Of a DNA stretch of 64,000 nt, positions 8,595 through 18,930 are shown in pieces. The stretch comes from Bacilli bacterium (GTDB taxonomy: Bacteria; Bacillota_I; Bacilli_A; ML615J-28; CAG-313): the NCBI GenBank assembly GCA_017937305.1, contig JAGBDV010000010.1:5802-69801 (forward strand), in the 5' to 3' direction. The position numbers and the translations under genes were made by a program. Each line of letters opens with the position of its first letter. The stretch's first letter is position 1. The notes under the pieces were generated by a model. It was given only the letters and a program-made list of their open reading frames with translations. It made no database searches and was not told where the DNA came from.

Positions 8595-10172
8595 CTAACG
8601 AGCAACCTCTTGAACTCTTGTTTCTCTGATAACTGTTACTTTAATAGTACCAGGATAATTCATATTTTGCTCAATTTTATTTTTAATATTACGTGCTAAA
8701 AGGTAAGCTTCAGCATCTGTAATTTCTTCAGGCTTAACAATAATTCTTACTTCACGGCCTGCTTGTAAAGCATAAGTTTTATCAACACCCTTGAATTCTT
8801 TTGTTAAAGCTTCTAATTGTTCAAGACGTTTGATATAGTTATCAAGTGATTCACTTCTTGCACCTGGGCGAGCAGCACTTAATGTATCAGCTGCTGCAAC
8901 TAAATGTGCAATAACTGTTTCAGCTTCTTTATCACCATGGTGAGAAGCTATTGCATCAATGATTGTTGGATGTTCTCTAAATTTAGTTGCAATTTCAATC
9001 CCGATTTCAACGTGGCTTCCTTCTTGTTCATGGTCTGTAGCTTTACCAATATCATGAAGTAAACCTGCACGACGTGCTAAGATTTCATCTTCACCGATTT
9101 CAGCAGCCATCTTACCAGCTAAGAATGCAACTTCTTTTGCGTGGAACAATACGTTTTGACCATAACTTGTTCTAAAATGCATCTTACCAATTAACTTAAC
9201 AAGTTCTGGATGAATCTTACCAATACCAACTTCGAATACTGCTTTTTCACCTTCTTCACGAATTTCATTTTCAATATCCTTAGTACAGCGCTGGAATACT
9301 TCCTCAATTCTAGGTGGTTGAATACGACCATCAGTAACTAAGATTTCAAGTGTACGTCTAGCAATTTCTCTTCTGATTGGATCAAAACATGAAATTACTA
9401 CTGAATCAGGTGTATCATCAATAATTAAATCAACACCTGTAACTTGTTCAATTGTTCTAATGTTACGACCTTCACGACCAATAATTCTACCTTTCATTTC
9501 ATCATTAGGTAGTGATACAACTGAAACAGTCTTTTCAGAAATTGTTTCATTTGCATATTGTTGAATAGCATTAGCTAAAATAACTTGTGATTTACGAGTA
9601 GCTTCATATTTAGCTTTTTCAACTTCTTCTTTAACATATAGAGCCATTTCCATATGCATTTCTTCTTCAAGACGTGACATAACGATTTGTCTTGCTTCAT
9701 CTTGAGTGTACCCAGAAATTTCCATTAATTTCTTTTCTTGTTCTAGAATTAATTCTTCTATTTTATCACTACGCTTTTCAATGTCATAAATGCGTTGTTC
9801 TAGTTTATTTTCTTTTTGTTCTAAATTACTTTCTCTTTTATCTAGATTTGTTGAGCGATTGTCTAAACTAGTCTCACGTCTTTCTAACTTCTTAGCCTCT
9901 TCTTGTAGTTCAGCTTTCTTTTCGCGTACTTCTTGTTCATGCTCTTTCTTTAAAGATGCAACTTCAGCTTTTCCTTCAGAAATAAGTTCTTTCTTTTTCT
10001 TTTCGCCTTCAGCTTTTGCATCATCAATAATCTTTGTAGCATCTTTACCAAGTTGTACAAATTTTTGTTCAACTTCTTGTTTACCTTTAGTATACATTAA
10101 GTAACCAGCTACAAGAGCACCTACACCAAGTGATAATACTATAGAAAGAATTAATACCCAAATTTGTACCAT
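8595..10172 (-). CDS. rny: Ribonuclease Y
   Basis: N-terminal TM, long Lys/Glu coiled coil, KH domain ([12 protein letters not shown]), HD domain (LLHDIGKA). Confidence 0.95.
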   Translation of the reverse strand: MVQIWVLILSIVLSLGVGALVAGYLMYTKGKQEVEQKFVQLGKDATKIIDDAKAEGEKKKKELISEGKAEVASLKKEHEQEVREKKAELQEEAKKLERRETSLDNRSTNLDKRESNLEQKENKLEQRIYDIEKRSDKIEELILEQEKKLMEISGYTQDEARQIVMSRLEEEMHMEMALYVKEEVEKAKYEATRKSQVILANAIQQYANETISEKTVSVVSLPNDEMKGRIIGREGRNIRTIEQVTGVDLIIDDTPDSVVISCFDPIRREIARRTLEILVTDGRIQPPRIEEVFQRCTKDIENEIREEGEKAVFEVGIGKIHPELVKLIGKMHFRTSYGQNVLFHAKEVAFLAGKMAAEIGEDEILARRAGLLHDIGKATDHEQEGSHVEIGIEIATKFREHPTIIDAIASHHGDKEAETVIAHLVAAADTLSAARPGARSESLDNYIKRLEQLEALTKEFKGVDKTYALQAGREVRIIVKPEEITDAEAYLLARNIKNKIEQNMNYPGTIKVTVIRETRVQEVAR

Positions 10173-10282
10173 TCTTCTTTCTCCTTTTCGTATTATTCTT
10201 TTTATGTATTTAAATTATTTATATATAAACACATTAATTAAAACATAAATTTAATTATATGTAATAATTTCCATACAATCTT

Positions 10283-10311
10283 ATTATACCACAAATCTCT
10301 ATTTTATGCAA
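10283..10311 (-). promoter_or_regulatory. Sigma-A-type promoter for rny
   Basis: TTGCAT -17 nt- TGgTATAAT (extended -10), read on the minus strand. Confidence 0.5.
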
Positions 10312-10350
10312 GCAATCGTATTATAAAATATTTTTACAAAAAAACAAAGT

Positions 10351-10374
10351 AAAAAGGGTTATTTCTAACCCTTT
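10351..10374 (-). terminator. Terminator closing the aromatic amino-acid operon
   Basis: Stem aagggtta/taaccctt with loop tttc, followed by a T-rich run on the minus strand. Confidence 0.65.
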
Positions 10375-10383
10375 ATTATCCTC

Positions 10384-10917
10384 TTATAAAATTTCAACTT
10401 CGCCAGTTTTAATATCATAAACTGCTGCGCAAACTGATACATTATCTTCAAACTTTAGTACGTTTTTAATAAGCTTTACTTGCGCTAAAGCATTAATTTT
10501 TACTGCTTTTTCAATATCTGATTCTTCTTTAATTACTTCTTTAATTTTATCAGTAATTCTTTTAGTAAATCCAGCAGGAGTAGAATTAATTGTAGAAGTA
10601 ACAGCGCCACAACATGAATGACCTAAAACCATTACTAAGTCAGAATGTAAATGCTCTACTGCATATTCAATACTACCTAAGATTGTATCATCCATTACAT
10701 TACCAGCGCATCTAATTACAAATATTTCACCAATCCCTGCATTAAAAATGATTTCAGGAACTACTCTTGAATCAGAACATGTAATTACAACTGCTTTAGG
10801 ATGTTGTCCATGCAACGAAGTATCACACCTTCTATTAGATGTTATATCACCAGTATAAGCACATTCAGTTAAATATTTCTTATTACCAAGCAATAATTGT
10901 TCTAAAGTATTATTCAT
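10384..10917 (-). CDS. Beta-class carbonic anhydrase
   Basis: Zinc ligand motifs CSDSRV and HSCCGA. Confidence 0.85.
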   Translation of the reverse strand: MNNTLEQLLLGNKKYLTECAYTGDITSNRRCDTSLHGQHPKAVVITCSDSRVVPEIIFNAGIGEIFVIRCAGNVMDDTILGSIEYAVEHLHSDLVMVLGHSCCGAVTSTINSTPAGFTKRITDKIKEVIKEESDIEKAVKINALAQVKLIKNVLKFEDNVSVCAAVYDIKTGEVEIL

Positions 10918-10929
10918 TTTATTTCCTCA

Positions 10930-11961
10930 TTACTTTCTTAACTCTGCAATATCTAATACTAATTTTTCTGTTTTTTCCCATCCTAAACAAGGATCAGTAA
11001 TTGATTTCCCATAAACACCTTCTGATGCTTTTTGGCAACCATCTACTAAATATGACTCAATCATAAAACCTTTAACTAACTTCTTAATATCATCGCTATG
11101 TCTTGTACTATGTAACACTTCTTTTGCAATACGAATTTGTTGTTCATATTTTTTTCCTGAATTAGCATGGTTACAGTCAACAATTAAAGCAGGATTTAAA
11201 AAATCTTTTTCTGTATAAATTTCACAAAGTGATTGTAAATCTTCATAGTGATAATTTGGAACACTATGTCCTCTTTCATCAACATAACCACGTAAAATAG
11301 CATGTGCTAAAGGATTACCACTACTTTCTACTTCCCATCCACGATATAAGAATGTATGAGAACCTTGTGCAGCTTTAATAGAGTTAAGCATTACTGTAAT
11401 ATCTCCACCAGTAGGATTCTTCATACCAACAGGAACATCGATTCCACTAGCAGTTAAACGGTGACCTTGATTTTCAACACTTCTTGCACCTACTGCAACA
11501 TAAGATAATAAATCATTTAAGTAACGATGGTTTTCAGGATATAACATTTCATCTGCACATGAAAAACCAGTTTCGTTAATAGCACGCATATGTAATTTTC
11601 TTATTGCAATAATACCTTTTAACATATCTGGGTCTTCTAAAGGATTAGGTTGATGTAACATTCCTTTATATCCAGCACCTGTAGTTCTTGGTTTATTTGT
11701 ATAAATACGTGGAACAATAACAATCTTTTCTTCTACTTTTTCTTGTAGTTTTCTAAGTCTTGTAATGTATTCAATTACTGCATCTTCTCTATCTGCAGAA
11801 CAAGGTCCAATTACTAAAACTAATTTATCACTTTCTCCATTAAATACTTTTGCAATTTCTGAGTCATTCTTTTCTTTTGCTAAAGCACCTTCTTCAGAAA
11901 TTGGATACATTTCTTTAATTTCTTTTGGAATCGGTAGTTTTCTTTTAAAATTCATATTCAT
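10930..11961 (-). CDS. 3-deoxy-7-phosphoheptulonate (DAHP) synthase, class I
   Basis: Carries GPCS, KPRTT.G.KG, and an AroF/G/H-like C-terminal region IES.L..G.Q. Confidence 0.85.
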   Translation of the reverse strand: MNMNFKRKLPIPKEIKEMYPISEEGALAKEKNDSEIAKVFNGESDKLVLVIGPCSADREDAVIEYITRLRKLQEKVEEKIVIVPRIYTNKPRTTGAGYKGMLHQPNPLEDPDMLKGIIAIRKLHMRAINETGFSCADEMLYPENHRYLNDLLSYVAVGARSVENQGHRLTASGIDVPVGMKNPTGGDITVMLNSIKAAQGSHTFLYRGWEVESSGNPLAHAILRGYVDERGHSVPNYHYEDLQSLCEIYTEKDFLNPALIVDCNHANSGKKYEQQIRIAKEVLHSTRHSDDIKKLVKGFMIESYLVDGCQKASEGVYGKSITDPCLGWEKTEKLVLDIAELRK

Positions 11962-11975
11962 ATAAGTATAATCTC

Positions 11976-12830
11976 CTACTTGTCAAAATATTTTCTTCTT
12001 TCAGTTGAAAGTCTCATAATTTCTTTCATTTTTTCTTCATCTTCTTTTGCTAAAGCATCACGAAGTTCTTTAAATTGTTTTAAAAATAAATCCATTTGTG
12101 ATAATAATTGATTTTTATTCATTAAGAATAATTCACTCCACATATTTTCATTTATTTTTGCAATTCTAGTTAAATCTCTAAATGAATCACCTGTATAGTC
12201 AACTAAATATCTAGAGTCTTTACAAGTCATTAACGCAACAGCTATACAGTGAGTAAGTTGTGATAAAAAACCAATCATTTCATCATGTTCTTCAGGAGTT
12301 AATACAGAAATACTATTAAACTCTAAAATTTCTCCTAATTCTTTCGCAAGTTCTACTGCATATTCTGAATTTTCAGAAGTTGGAGTAATGATATAGTTAG
12401 CACCTTTAAACATATTTGGATCACTATTTTCTACCCCATATACTTCACGCCCTGCCATAGGATGAGCTGGAATAAATTCAATATCTTTTCTTAAAATTGT
12501 TTGAATTTTATAAACAATTTCAGACTTAATCCCTGTAACATCAGTAATTACAATATTACTTTTAAATAAATGCTGATAGTTTTTAATCCATTCTACAAAA
12601 ATTTTAGGGTATAACGCAAACACTACAAAATCATATTTTTCAATAAACTCTTTTGAAACAACAGTTGTTCCTTCTTTAATGATATTATGATTTAACGCAT
12701 AATCAATTGATGATTCATCTTTAGTAACTGCACCTACAAAGTATCCTTTTTTACTTAATACACTTGCGTATGAACCACCCATTAGGCCTAGCCCAACAAT
12801 TAAAATCTTTTTATTTGTTAAATTATTCAT
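11976..12830 (-). CDS. tyrA: Prephenate dehydrogenase
   Basis: Rossmann motif ILIVGLGLMGGS, then HPMAG. Start set to ATG 12830, which overlaps the aroA stop (ATGAATAA). The listed ORF start at 12848 remains possible. Confidence 0.85.
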   Translation of the reverse strand: MNNLTNKKILIVGLGLMGGSYASVLSKKGYFVGAVTKDESSIDYALNHNIIKEGTTVVSKEFIEKYDFVVFALYPKIFVEWIKNYQHLFKSNIVITDVTGIKSEIVYKIQTILRKDIEFIPAHPMAGREVYGVENSDPNMFKGANYIITPTSENSEYAVELAKELGEILEFNSISVLTPEEHDEMIGFLSQLTHCIAVALMTCKDSRYLVDYTGDSFRDLTRIAKINENMWSELFLMNKNQLLSQMDLFLKQFKELRDALAKEDEEKMKEIMRLSTERRKYFDK

Positions 12831-14031
12831 CTTGCACCTCAATTCCAAGTTGTCTTACAATATCAAAAAATGAAGGAAAACTCTTATTAACAGCTTCTAC
12901 ACCTAAAATTTCACCACCAAATCTAGATAACATTACAGTAAATGCCATAACTAAGCGGTGATCATTATGTGAATCAATAAAAACATTTGGTTTATGAAGA
13001 TTACTTTTTTTGATAATACAATAATTATCCCCAATTTCATAATCAACACCAAATTTACTTAGTTCATCACATACACACTTTACGCGATCACTTTCTTTAA
13101 TCTTTAGACGAGCAGTTCCAGTAAATTTAGCTCCATTATTTAAAGCTGCCATTACAAATAAAATTGGTCCTAAATCAATTGTATTTGAAATATCGATAGT
13201 TGGCATTTCATTTTCTTTTAAAATCTTAAAATAATCTATATAAGCTTTATCTCCTTGAAGTGATGAACTATTAAGTCCTTTTACTAAGACACTACCATCT
13301 AAATAATTAAAAGCATCTAAAAATGCTGCATTAGAATAATCACCTTCAACACTAGTACTAACGGGTAAATATTTTTGATTTCCTTTTACATATAATTTGT
13401 TATTTTTTAAATCATTAATAACTGTAACCCCAAACCTATTAAGTACATCAATCGTTAATAAAATATAATCAATACTTTCAATTGGAGGAATAATTTCAAT
13501 TATACTATCTTCTTTTAATAAAGGTAGACTAAATAATAATCCACTAATAAACTGGCTACTAACATTACCTAAAACCTTAAAATATCCTGGTTTTAAAGCA
13601 CCTGATATTTTAATAGAAGTATCAGTTTTTAAATACTTAATTCCTTGATTATCAAATATTTCTTCATAAATTCCAAGACCTCTTTCCATAAGCCTTTTAG
13701 TACCAGTAAAGGTTACACAGTTTTGTTTTACTATTGATAAAGGAATCATAAATCTTAGTGTACTACCACTTTCAAGTGATTTTAGTTCTTCATTTAAAGG
13801 AGTACTTTTAAATAGTTTAATACACTTATTTTCTAAATCATATTCATAACTTGTACCAAGAACTCTTAAACAATTAAGTGTTGCAGTAACATCATTTGAG
13901 AGTTCAATATTAGATATTTCTACTTCTTCATTAGATAAAGCAGCACATATCAAAATACGGTGTGCATAACTTTTTGAAGGAGGCGCCATAACAATCCCTT
14001 TTGCATTTGAAATATTAATATGTTTTTTCAT
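12823..14031 (-). CDS. aroA: 3-phosphoshikimate 1-carboxyvinyltransferase (EPSP synthase)
   Basis: Carries PPSKSYAHR, LESGSTLRF, DHRLVMAF. Length and operon context fit. Confidence 0.9.
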   Translation of the reverse strand: MKKHINISNAKGIVMAPPSKSYAHRILICAALSNEEVEISNIELSNDVTATLNCLRVLGTSYEYDLENKCIKLFKSTPLNEELKSLESGSTLRFMIPLSIVKQNCVTFTGTKRLMERGLGIYEEIFDNQGIKYLKTDTSIKISGALKPGYFKVLGNVSSQFISGLLFSLPLLKEDSIIEIIPPIESIDYILLTIDVLNRFGVTVINDLKNNKLYVKGNQKYLPVSTSVEGDYSNAAFLDAFNYLDGSVLVKGLNSSSLQGDKAYIDYFKILKENEMPTIDISNTIDLGPILFVMAALNNGAKFTGTARLKIKESDRVKCVCDELSKFGVDYEIGDNYCIIKKSNLHKPNVFIDSHNDHRLVMAFTVMLSRFGGEILGVEAVNKSFPSFFDIVRQLGIEVQDE

Positions 14032-14052
14032 AGGGGGCCCTCCTTTCTTTAA

Positions 14053-14481
14053 TTACTTATTTAAAAAATAATCAATTGCTTCAATATAGCCCTTAAAGCC
14101 TTTTCCCATAATAGATTTTACACAAGCACTTCTTAAATAACTTACTTGTCTAAAATCTTCTCTTTTTGTAACATCAGATAGATGTACTTCAATAGTTTCG
14201 ATTGATACACTTTTTATTGCATCTAAAAGTGCGATACTTGTATGTGTATATGCACCAGGATTAATAATTATACCATCTACTTTATCAAAATATGCTTGAT
14301 GAATAAAATCTACTAAATAACCTTCATGATTAGATTGTTTAATTTCAAGATCAATATTATTCTTTTTTGCATAGTCATTTAGATAGTCACATAAATCACT
14401 ATAAGTTTCTTTTCCATAAATTTCAGGTTCTCTAATTCCAATGAAATTTAAATTTGGTCCATTTAATACTAATAACTTCAT
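14053..14481 (-). CDS. aroQ: Type II 3-dehydroquinate dehydratase
   Basis: Carries LVLNGPNLN..G.REP.IYG, INPGAYTHTS.A, EVHLS. Confidence 0.9.
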   Translation of the reverse strand: MKLLVLNGPNLNFIGIREPEIYGKETYSDLCDYLNDYAKKNNIDLEIKQSNHEGYLVDFIHQAYFDKVDGIIINPGAYTHTSIALLDAIKSVSIETIEVHLSDVTKREDFRQVSYLRSACVKSIMGKGFKGYIEAIDYFLNK

Positions 14482-15713
14482 CTTTTATCTCCTATTATAG
14501 CTTCTATTGCACTAAGAATACCACCATTATTATCAATACATTTATCGCATACACTTTCATAAATTGGTAAACGTTCAATGTAACGCTTCTTTAAAGACTC
14601 TAAATCACTTGAAAAAGGTCTTGAATCAGTTGGCGTAAGTAGTTCTAAATCACGCTTTAAGAAATAAAGTTTTCCATTTTGTTTTAAAGCTTTGACATTT
14701 TCACTTCTTAAAATAGCCCCACCACCTGTTGCAATAACAACATTAGACATTTTAGCAGCTTCTTTTACACATTCTGTTTCTACATCTCTAAATTCTTTTT
14801 CTGTGTGATTATTCATATAATCTTTTATGCTCATACCAATTTTATTAACAATTAAATCATCTGTATCAATTAATTTTTTATTTAATTTTTCACTTAATAT
14901 TTTTCCAATTGTTGTTTTACCACTAGAAGGCATACCAATTAATATTACATTTTCTTTGTCACTTTTTAATTTATTAAAGATTGTATCAATAATACTTAAA
15001 TCAATATTTTTATCTAAGAATAATCCACATGCATAAACAGCTTGTCCAACAAGCATATATAATCCACCTTCTGATGGAATCTTTAAACTATTTGCATCAA
15101 GAACTAAATTAGTTCTTAAAGGATTATATACAACATCAATTAAACCAGTTAACTTATTAAACTTTGAAAGTTCAATAATGCATCCATCATTTTTAGGATA
15201 CATTCCAACTGGAGTTGTATTAATAATTACTTCTACATCGTTATGAACATTAACCGCTTCTTCATAAGTAATCGTATTTACTTCACCATTAATTGATGCT
15301 TTTAAAATTGTTTTTGCACCTAAATCTTTCACCACAGCATAGGCTGTCTTACTTGTACCACCAGTACCTAAAATTAAAACTTTTTTATCCTTACAATCAA
15401 TATTATTTTTCTTTATTAATGCAAGCATTCCAAAATAATCAGTATTATGACCATAAAGCTTACCATTTACATTTACGATAGTATTAACAGCACCAATTGA
15501 TAATGCTTGTGGAGATATTTCATCTAAATACGGAATAACTGTTTCTTTATAAGGAATTGTTACATTAATTCCTACAAAGTCTTTTTCCTTCATGAATTTA
15601 TCAATATCACATCTTGCAACTTCATGTATTTCGTATTTATAATATCCAATCATTTCATGAATCTCTTTAGAAAAACTATGTCCAAGTTTTTCACCAATTA
15701 ATCCGTATTTCAT
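14478..15713 (-). CDS. Bifunctional shikimate dehydrogenase / shikimate kinase fusion
   Basis: The N-terminal ~250 aa are AroE-like (GLIGEKLGHSFS, NVTIPYK, GTGGTSK). The C-terminal ~165 aa are AroK-like (P-loop IGMPSSGKTTIGK, ATGGG). It is one uninterrupted frame, and its TGA stop overlaps the aroQ ATG. Confidence 0.85.
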   Translation of the reverse strand: MKYGLIGEKLGHSFSKEIHEMIGYYKYEIHEVARCDIDKFMKEKDFVGINVTIPYKETVIPYLDEISPQALSIGAVNTIVNVNGKLYGHNTDYFGMLALIKKNNIDCKDKKVLILGTGGTSKTAYAVVKDLGAKTILKASINGEVNTITYEEAVNVHNDVEVIINTTPVGMYPKNDGCIIELSKFNKLTGLIDVVYNPLRTNLVLDANSLKIPSEGGLYMLVGQAVYACGLFLDKNIDLSIIDTIFNKLKSDKENVILIGMPSSGKTTIGKILSEKLNKKLIDTDDLIVNKIGMSIKDYMNNHTEKEFRDVETECVKEAAKMSNVVIATGGGAILRSENVKALKQNGKLYFLKRDLELLTPTDSRPFSSDLESLKKRYIERLPIYESVCDKCIDNNGGILSAIEAIIGDKR

Positions 15714-15727
15714 AAATCATTCCTCTT

Positions 15728-16813
15728 TTAATTTAAATAATCTTTTCCATATGTTTGTGTAAGAATATCACAAACCACTACCGCAACTAAACTTGTAACT
15801 ACAATACAAAGCCTTCTAATGATTGCAGGATCATGACGTCCAACAATTTCTAGTGTTGCATCAGTTTCATTTATAAAATCTATTGTTTCTTGTGGTTTAG
15901 AAATTGATGGAGTAGGTTTAACCACAGAATTAAATATTACAGGCATTCCATTTGTAATTCCACCATTAATACCACCAGAATTATTAGTTTTTGTTACAAC
16001 TTTTCCCAATTTATAAGTAAATGAATCATTAGCAGTTGAACCAGTTAAATCTGCAAAACCAAATCCAGCTCCAAATTCTACCCCTTTAATACCACCAATT
16101 GAGAATAACGCATTAGAAATAATTCCTTCAAATGAATCAAACCAAGGTTCACCAAGACCAACAGGTAAATTACATATCGCAGTTTGAATGATACCACCAA
16201 TTGAATCATTATCCATTTTAACTTTAAAGATTTCATCAGCCATTTCTTTTTCACAATTTGAAATAACAGGAAAGTCTTTGTTATTAATTAAATTTATCTC
16301 TTCTTCTACATCATTAAAATTAGTATCATAAACTTTTCCACATCTTAAAATATGTGTTCCAATTAAGATATTTTTTTTCTTAAGTGCATCAAGGCATATA
16401 GCTCCTGCTGCGACAATCCCTGCAGTAAGACGCCCTGAAAAATGACCTCCACCACGGTAGTCTTCAAAACCATGATATTTCATATGAGCAACATAATCAG
16501 CATGTGAAGGTCTTGCAAGACCATGATTTTTTTCATAATCATTACTTCTTACATTTTCATTAGGAATAATTATACATAAAGGCATTCCAGTTGTATAACC
16601 ATTCATGACACCACTAATAATTTCATAATTATCTTTTTCAACACGAGATGTCTCTATTGCAAGAGTTGGTCGTCTTTTAGAAAGTTGAAGATTAATAAAC
16701 TCTTCGTCAACAACTAATCCCGCAGATAATCCATCAATTACAACTCCAATATAAGGACCATGGCTTTCTCCAAATAAAGTAAGAACTACACTTTTACCAA
16801 TTGAATTACTCAT
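15728..16813 (-). CDS. aroC: Chorismate synthase
   Basis: Carries FGESHG, RPSHAD, GGGHFSGR, GRHDP. Confidence 0.95.
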   Translation of the reverse strand: MSNSIGKSVVLTLFGESHGPYIGVVIDGLSAGLVVDEEFINLQLSKRRPTLAIETSRVEKDNYEIISGVMNGYTTGMPLCIIIPNENVRSNDYEKNHGLARPSHADYVAHMKYHGFEDYRGGGHFSGRLTAGIVAAGAICLDALKKKNILIGTHILRCGKVYDTNFNDVEEEINLINNKDFPVISNCEKEMADEIFKVKMDNDSIGGIIQTAICNLPVGLGEPWFDSFEGIISNALFSIGGIKGVEFGAGFGFADLTGSTANDSFTYKLGKVVTKTNNSGGINGGITNGMPVIFNSVVKPTPSISKPQETIDFINETDATLEIVGRHDPAIIRRLCIVVTSLVAVVVCDILTQTYGKDYLN

Positions 16814-17825
16814 TAAACCCTCCTAATAATTTTAAAATATCATTCTTATGAACTTTACAAATTTCAAAAGTTCCCATTTTTTCACATTTAATAATGTTTA
16901 TATATTCACCAACAGCTTTTTTATCTAAAGTAATATATTTATAAGCAACATTTTTATCAAAGTCATAACTAGTAGGTAAATTATATTTTTTTAATACATT
17001 AATTAATTCTAATTTTACTTCATCACTACTAAAATACAGCATTCCAAGTGCTACACATTCACCATGGTATAATTTACCATTTAAGGATGCTTCAATGCCA
17101 TGTCCAATTGTATGCCCAAAATTAAGTACTCTTCTTAATGACTTTTCATATGGATCATTTTCAACAACATACTTCTTTATTTTAAGTGATTGAATGATTA
17201 TGTCATCAATTTTATTCATTAATTGATTTGGCCCTTTTATTAAATCAAATAATTCTTCACTAAAAGTTGCAGCCATTTTAATGCTTTCAGCTAGACCTGC
17301 ACTAAGAAGTCGATTATCTAATGTTAAAAGGGTTGTTGAATCAATTAATACTTTTTTAGGTTGATAAAAAGCACCAATAATATTTTTAACACCTTCAAAG
17401 TCAATTGCTGTTTTACCACCAATTGAAGAATCTACTTGAGATAAAAGGGTTGTTGGAATATTATAAAAGTCAATTCCTCGCATATAAGTAGCTGCAACAA
17501 AGCCACTTAAATCGCCCACTACACCTCCACCTACTGCAACTATTGCATCAGTTCTTGTAAATGATTTATCAATTAAAAATGAAAGAATATCTTGATATGT
17601 TTTAAATGATTTATTCTCTTCACCTTGGTCAAAGGTATAAATATACCCATCAAGACATTGTTTTAAGATAATTTCAGAATATCTAGTAGGTACTCCACTA
17701 TCAGTAATAATTAAAACTTTTCTATTTAAATTTAGATAATCTTTTGCATTTAGTAAGCACCCTTTTTCAACTACGATATCATAGCTAAAATCTTTGCTAT
17801 TAACTGATAAAATCATATTACTCAC
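16806..17825 (-). CDS. aroB: 3-dehydroquinate synthase
   Basis: Carries GGGVVGDLSGFVAATYMRGI, and metal ligands within GHT.GH..E and HGE.VA.GM. Confidence 0.9.
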   Translation of the reverse strand: MSNMILSVNSKDFSYDIVVEKGCLLNAKDYLNLNRKVLIITDSGVPTRYSEIILKQCLDGYIYTFDQGEENKSFKTYQDILSFLIDKSFTRTDAIVAVGGGVVGDLSGFVAATYMRGIDFYNIPTTLLSQVDSSIGGKTAIDFEGVKNIIGAFYQPKKVLIDSTTLLTLDNRLLSAGLAESIKMAATFSEELFDLIKGPNQLMNKIDDIIIQSLKIKKYVVENDPYEKSLRRVLNFGHTIGHGIEASLNGKLYHGECVALGMLYFSSDEVKLELINVLKKYNLPTSYDFDKNVAYKYITLDKKAVGEYINIIKCEKMGTFEICKVHKNDILKLLGGFNE

Positions 17826-17830
17826 CTCTT

Positions 17831-18928
17831 TTATTTATAAACTCTTGAAGTATAAGCTCCTACAAGTTTTAATCTATCACACATGGATGAAAGTTGTTTT
17901 AACATATCAGTTCCATCTGTAGTATTAATATTTCCATCAAGTTCAACATAGAAATAATAATTCCACATTAGTTCTTTCATTGGCCTACTTCTTAAAGTAC
18001 GCATATTAAAACCATGAGAACCAATAATGTTAAGTGCATTAGCAAGTGCACCAGCTTCATTTTTTACTGTAAATACTAAAATAAAATGCTCTCCCATTTT
18101 AGCAGTTCTATTTGGTAGGTTTTGCACTCTAGAAAATGCTGCAAATCTAGTCGTATTATTACGACTTGCATTAATATTTTTTTCAATTACATTTAAATTA
18201 AATAATTCTGCTGTTTCGACAGAAGCTATTGCAGCAATTGTAGGATCAGCCTTTTCGGCGATCATTTTAGCTGCCATTGCAGTATTAGGATATTCAACTT
18301 CTTCAAAATCATTTAAATGAATATATTCTGCACATTGTGCTAATGCTTGCGCATGACTATATACTTTTTTAATCGAATCTTTTGTTGCGCCATCACATGC
18401 AATTAAGTTATGTACAACATCTAAATCAATCATTTGATTTACATAAAGACTTCCAGAAAACATTAAATCCATTACTGTTCCAACATCTCCTGCATAACTA
18501 TTTTCAGTAGGAAGAACAACAATATCGATTTCTCCATTTTCACAAGCTTTATATGCAGTTGAAAAATCAGAATAAGCTACTAAATTAGCATTACTAAACA
18601 TTCTTCTTGCTGCAATATAGCCAAATGCTCCAGGAACTCCACTATATCCTACTTTTAACCCACTTATTAACGCTTGTTGATAAGTTTTTGAAGTATTCAT
18701 TAAATCCTGTAAAAACATTACATAATATTTCTTTAAATCATCTTCTTCAATTAATTCTGTATTATTTTTTATTACTTCTTCTTCACGAATACGGTCATAT
18801 ATTGGAAGACCATGTTCCATTTTATATTCTGCTACTTCTTTACTAGCATTCATTCTTTCAACAAATAGCTTTGCCATTTCTTTATCAATGGCATTTATTC
18901 TTTTTCTTGCGTCATTTAAATTACTCAT
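17831..18928 (-). CDS. pheA: Chorismate mutase / prephenate dehydratase (P-protein) with C-terminal ACT domain
   Basis: N-terminal AroQ-type chorismate mutase helix (R.RI..ID.E...L...R), a PDT core (NTTRF), and an ACT-like tail (G.L...L......N...L.SRP). Confidence 0.85.
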   Translation of the reverse strand: MSNLNDARKRINAIDKEMAKLFVERMNASKEVAEYKMEHGLPIYDRIREEEVIKNNTELIEEDDLKKYYVMFLQDLMNTSKTYQQALISGLKVGYSGVPGAFGYIAARRMFSNANLVAYSDFSTAYKACENGEIDIVVLPTENSYAGDVGTVMDLMFSGSLYVNQMIDLDVVHNLIACDGATKDSIKKVYSHAQALAQCAEYIHLNDFEEVEYPNTAMAAKMIAEKADPTIAAIASVETAELFNLNVIEKNINASRNNTTRFAAFSRVQNLPNRTAKMGEHFILVFTVKNEAGALANALNIIGSHGFNMRTLRSRPMKELMWNYYFYVELDGNINTTDGTDMLKQLSSMCDRLKLVGAYTSRVYK

Positions 18929-18930
18929 TC

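Noticed and set aside
12823-12848. The longer tyrA start (MELRCKMNN..., 12848) given in the ORF track. Similar 5'-extended starts occur for the SBP (4416), recU (20234), rpsT (26238), gpr (24798), livH (41577), the ABC-F gene (35064), the Zn-ribbon protein (46260), mnmA (52337), rlmH (55684) and the MBL gene (63971).
   Set aside because: In each case an internal ATG is preceded at 5-9 nt by a GGAGG-like RBS and matches the conserved N-terminus of the family. The extended start often falls inside the RBS itself, or is a TTG/GTG within the upstream gene.
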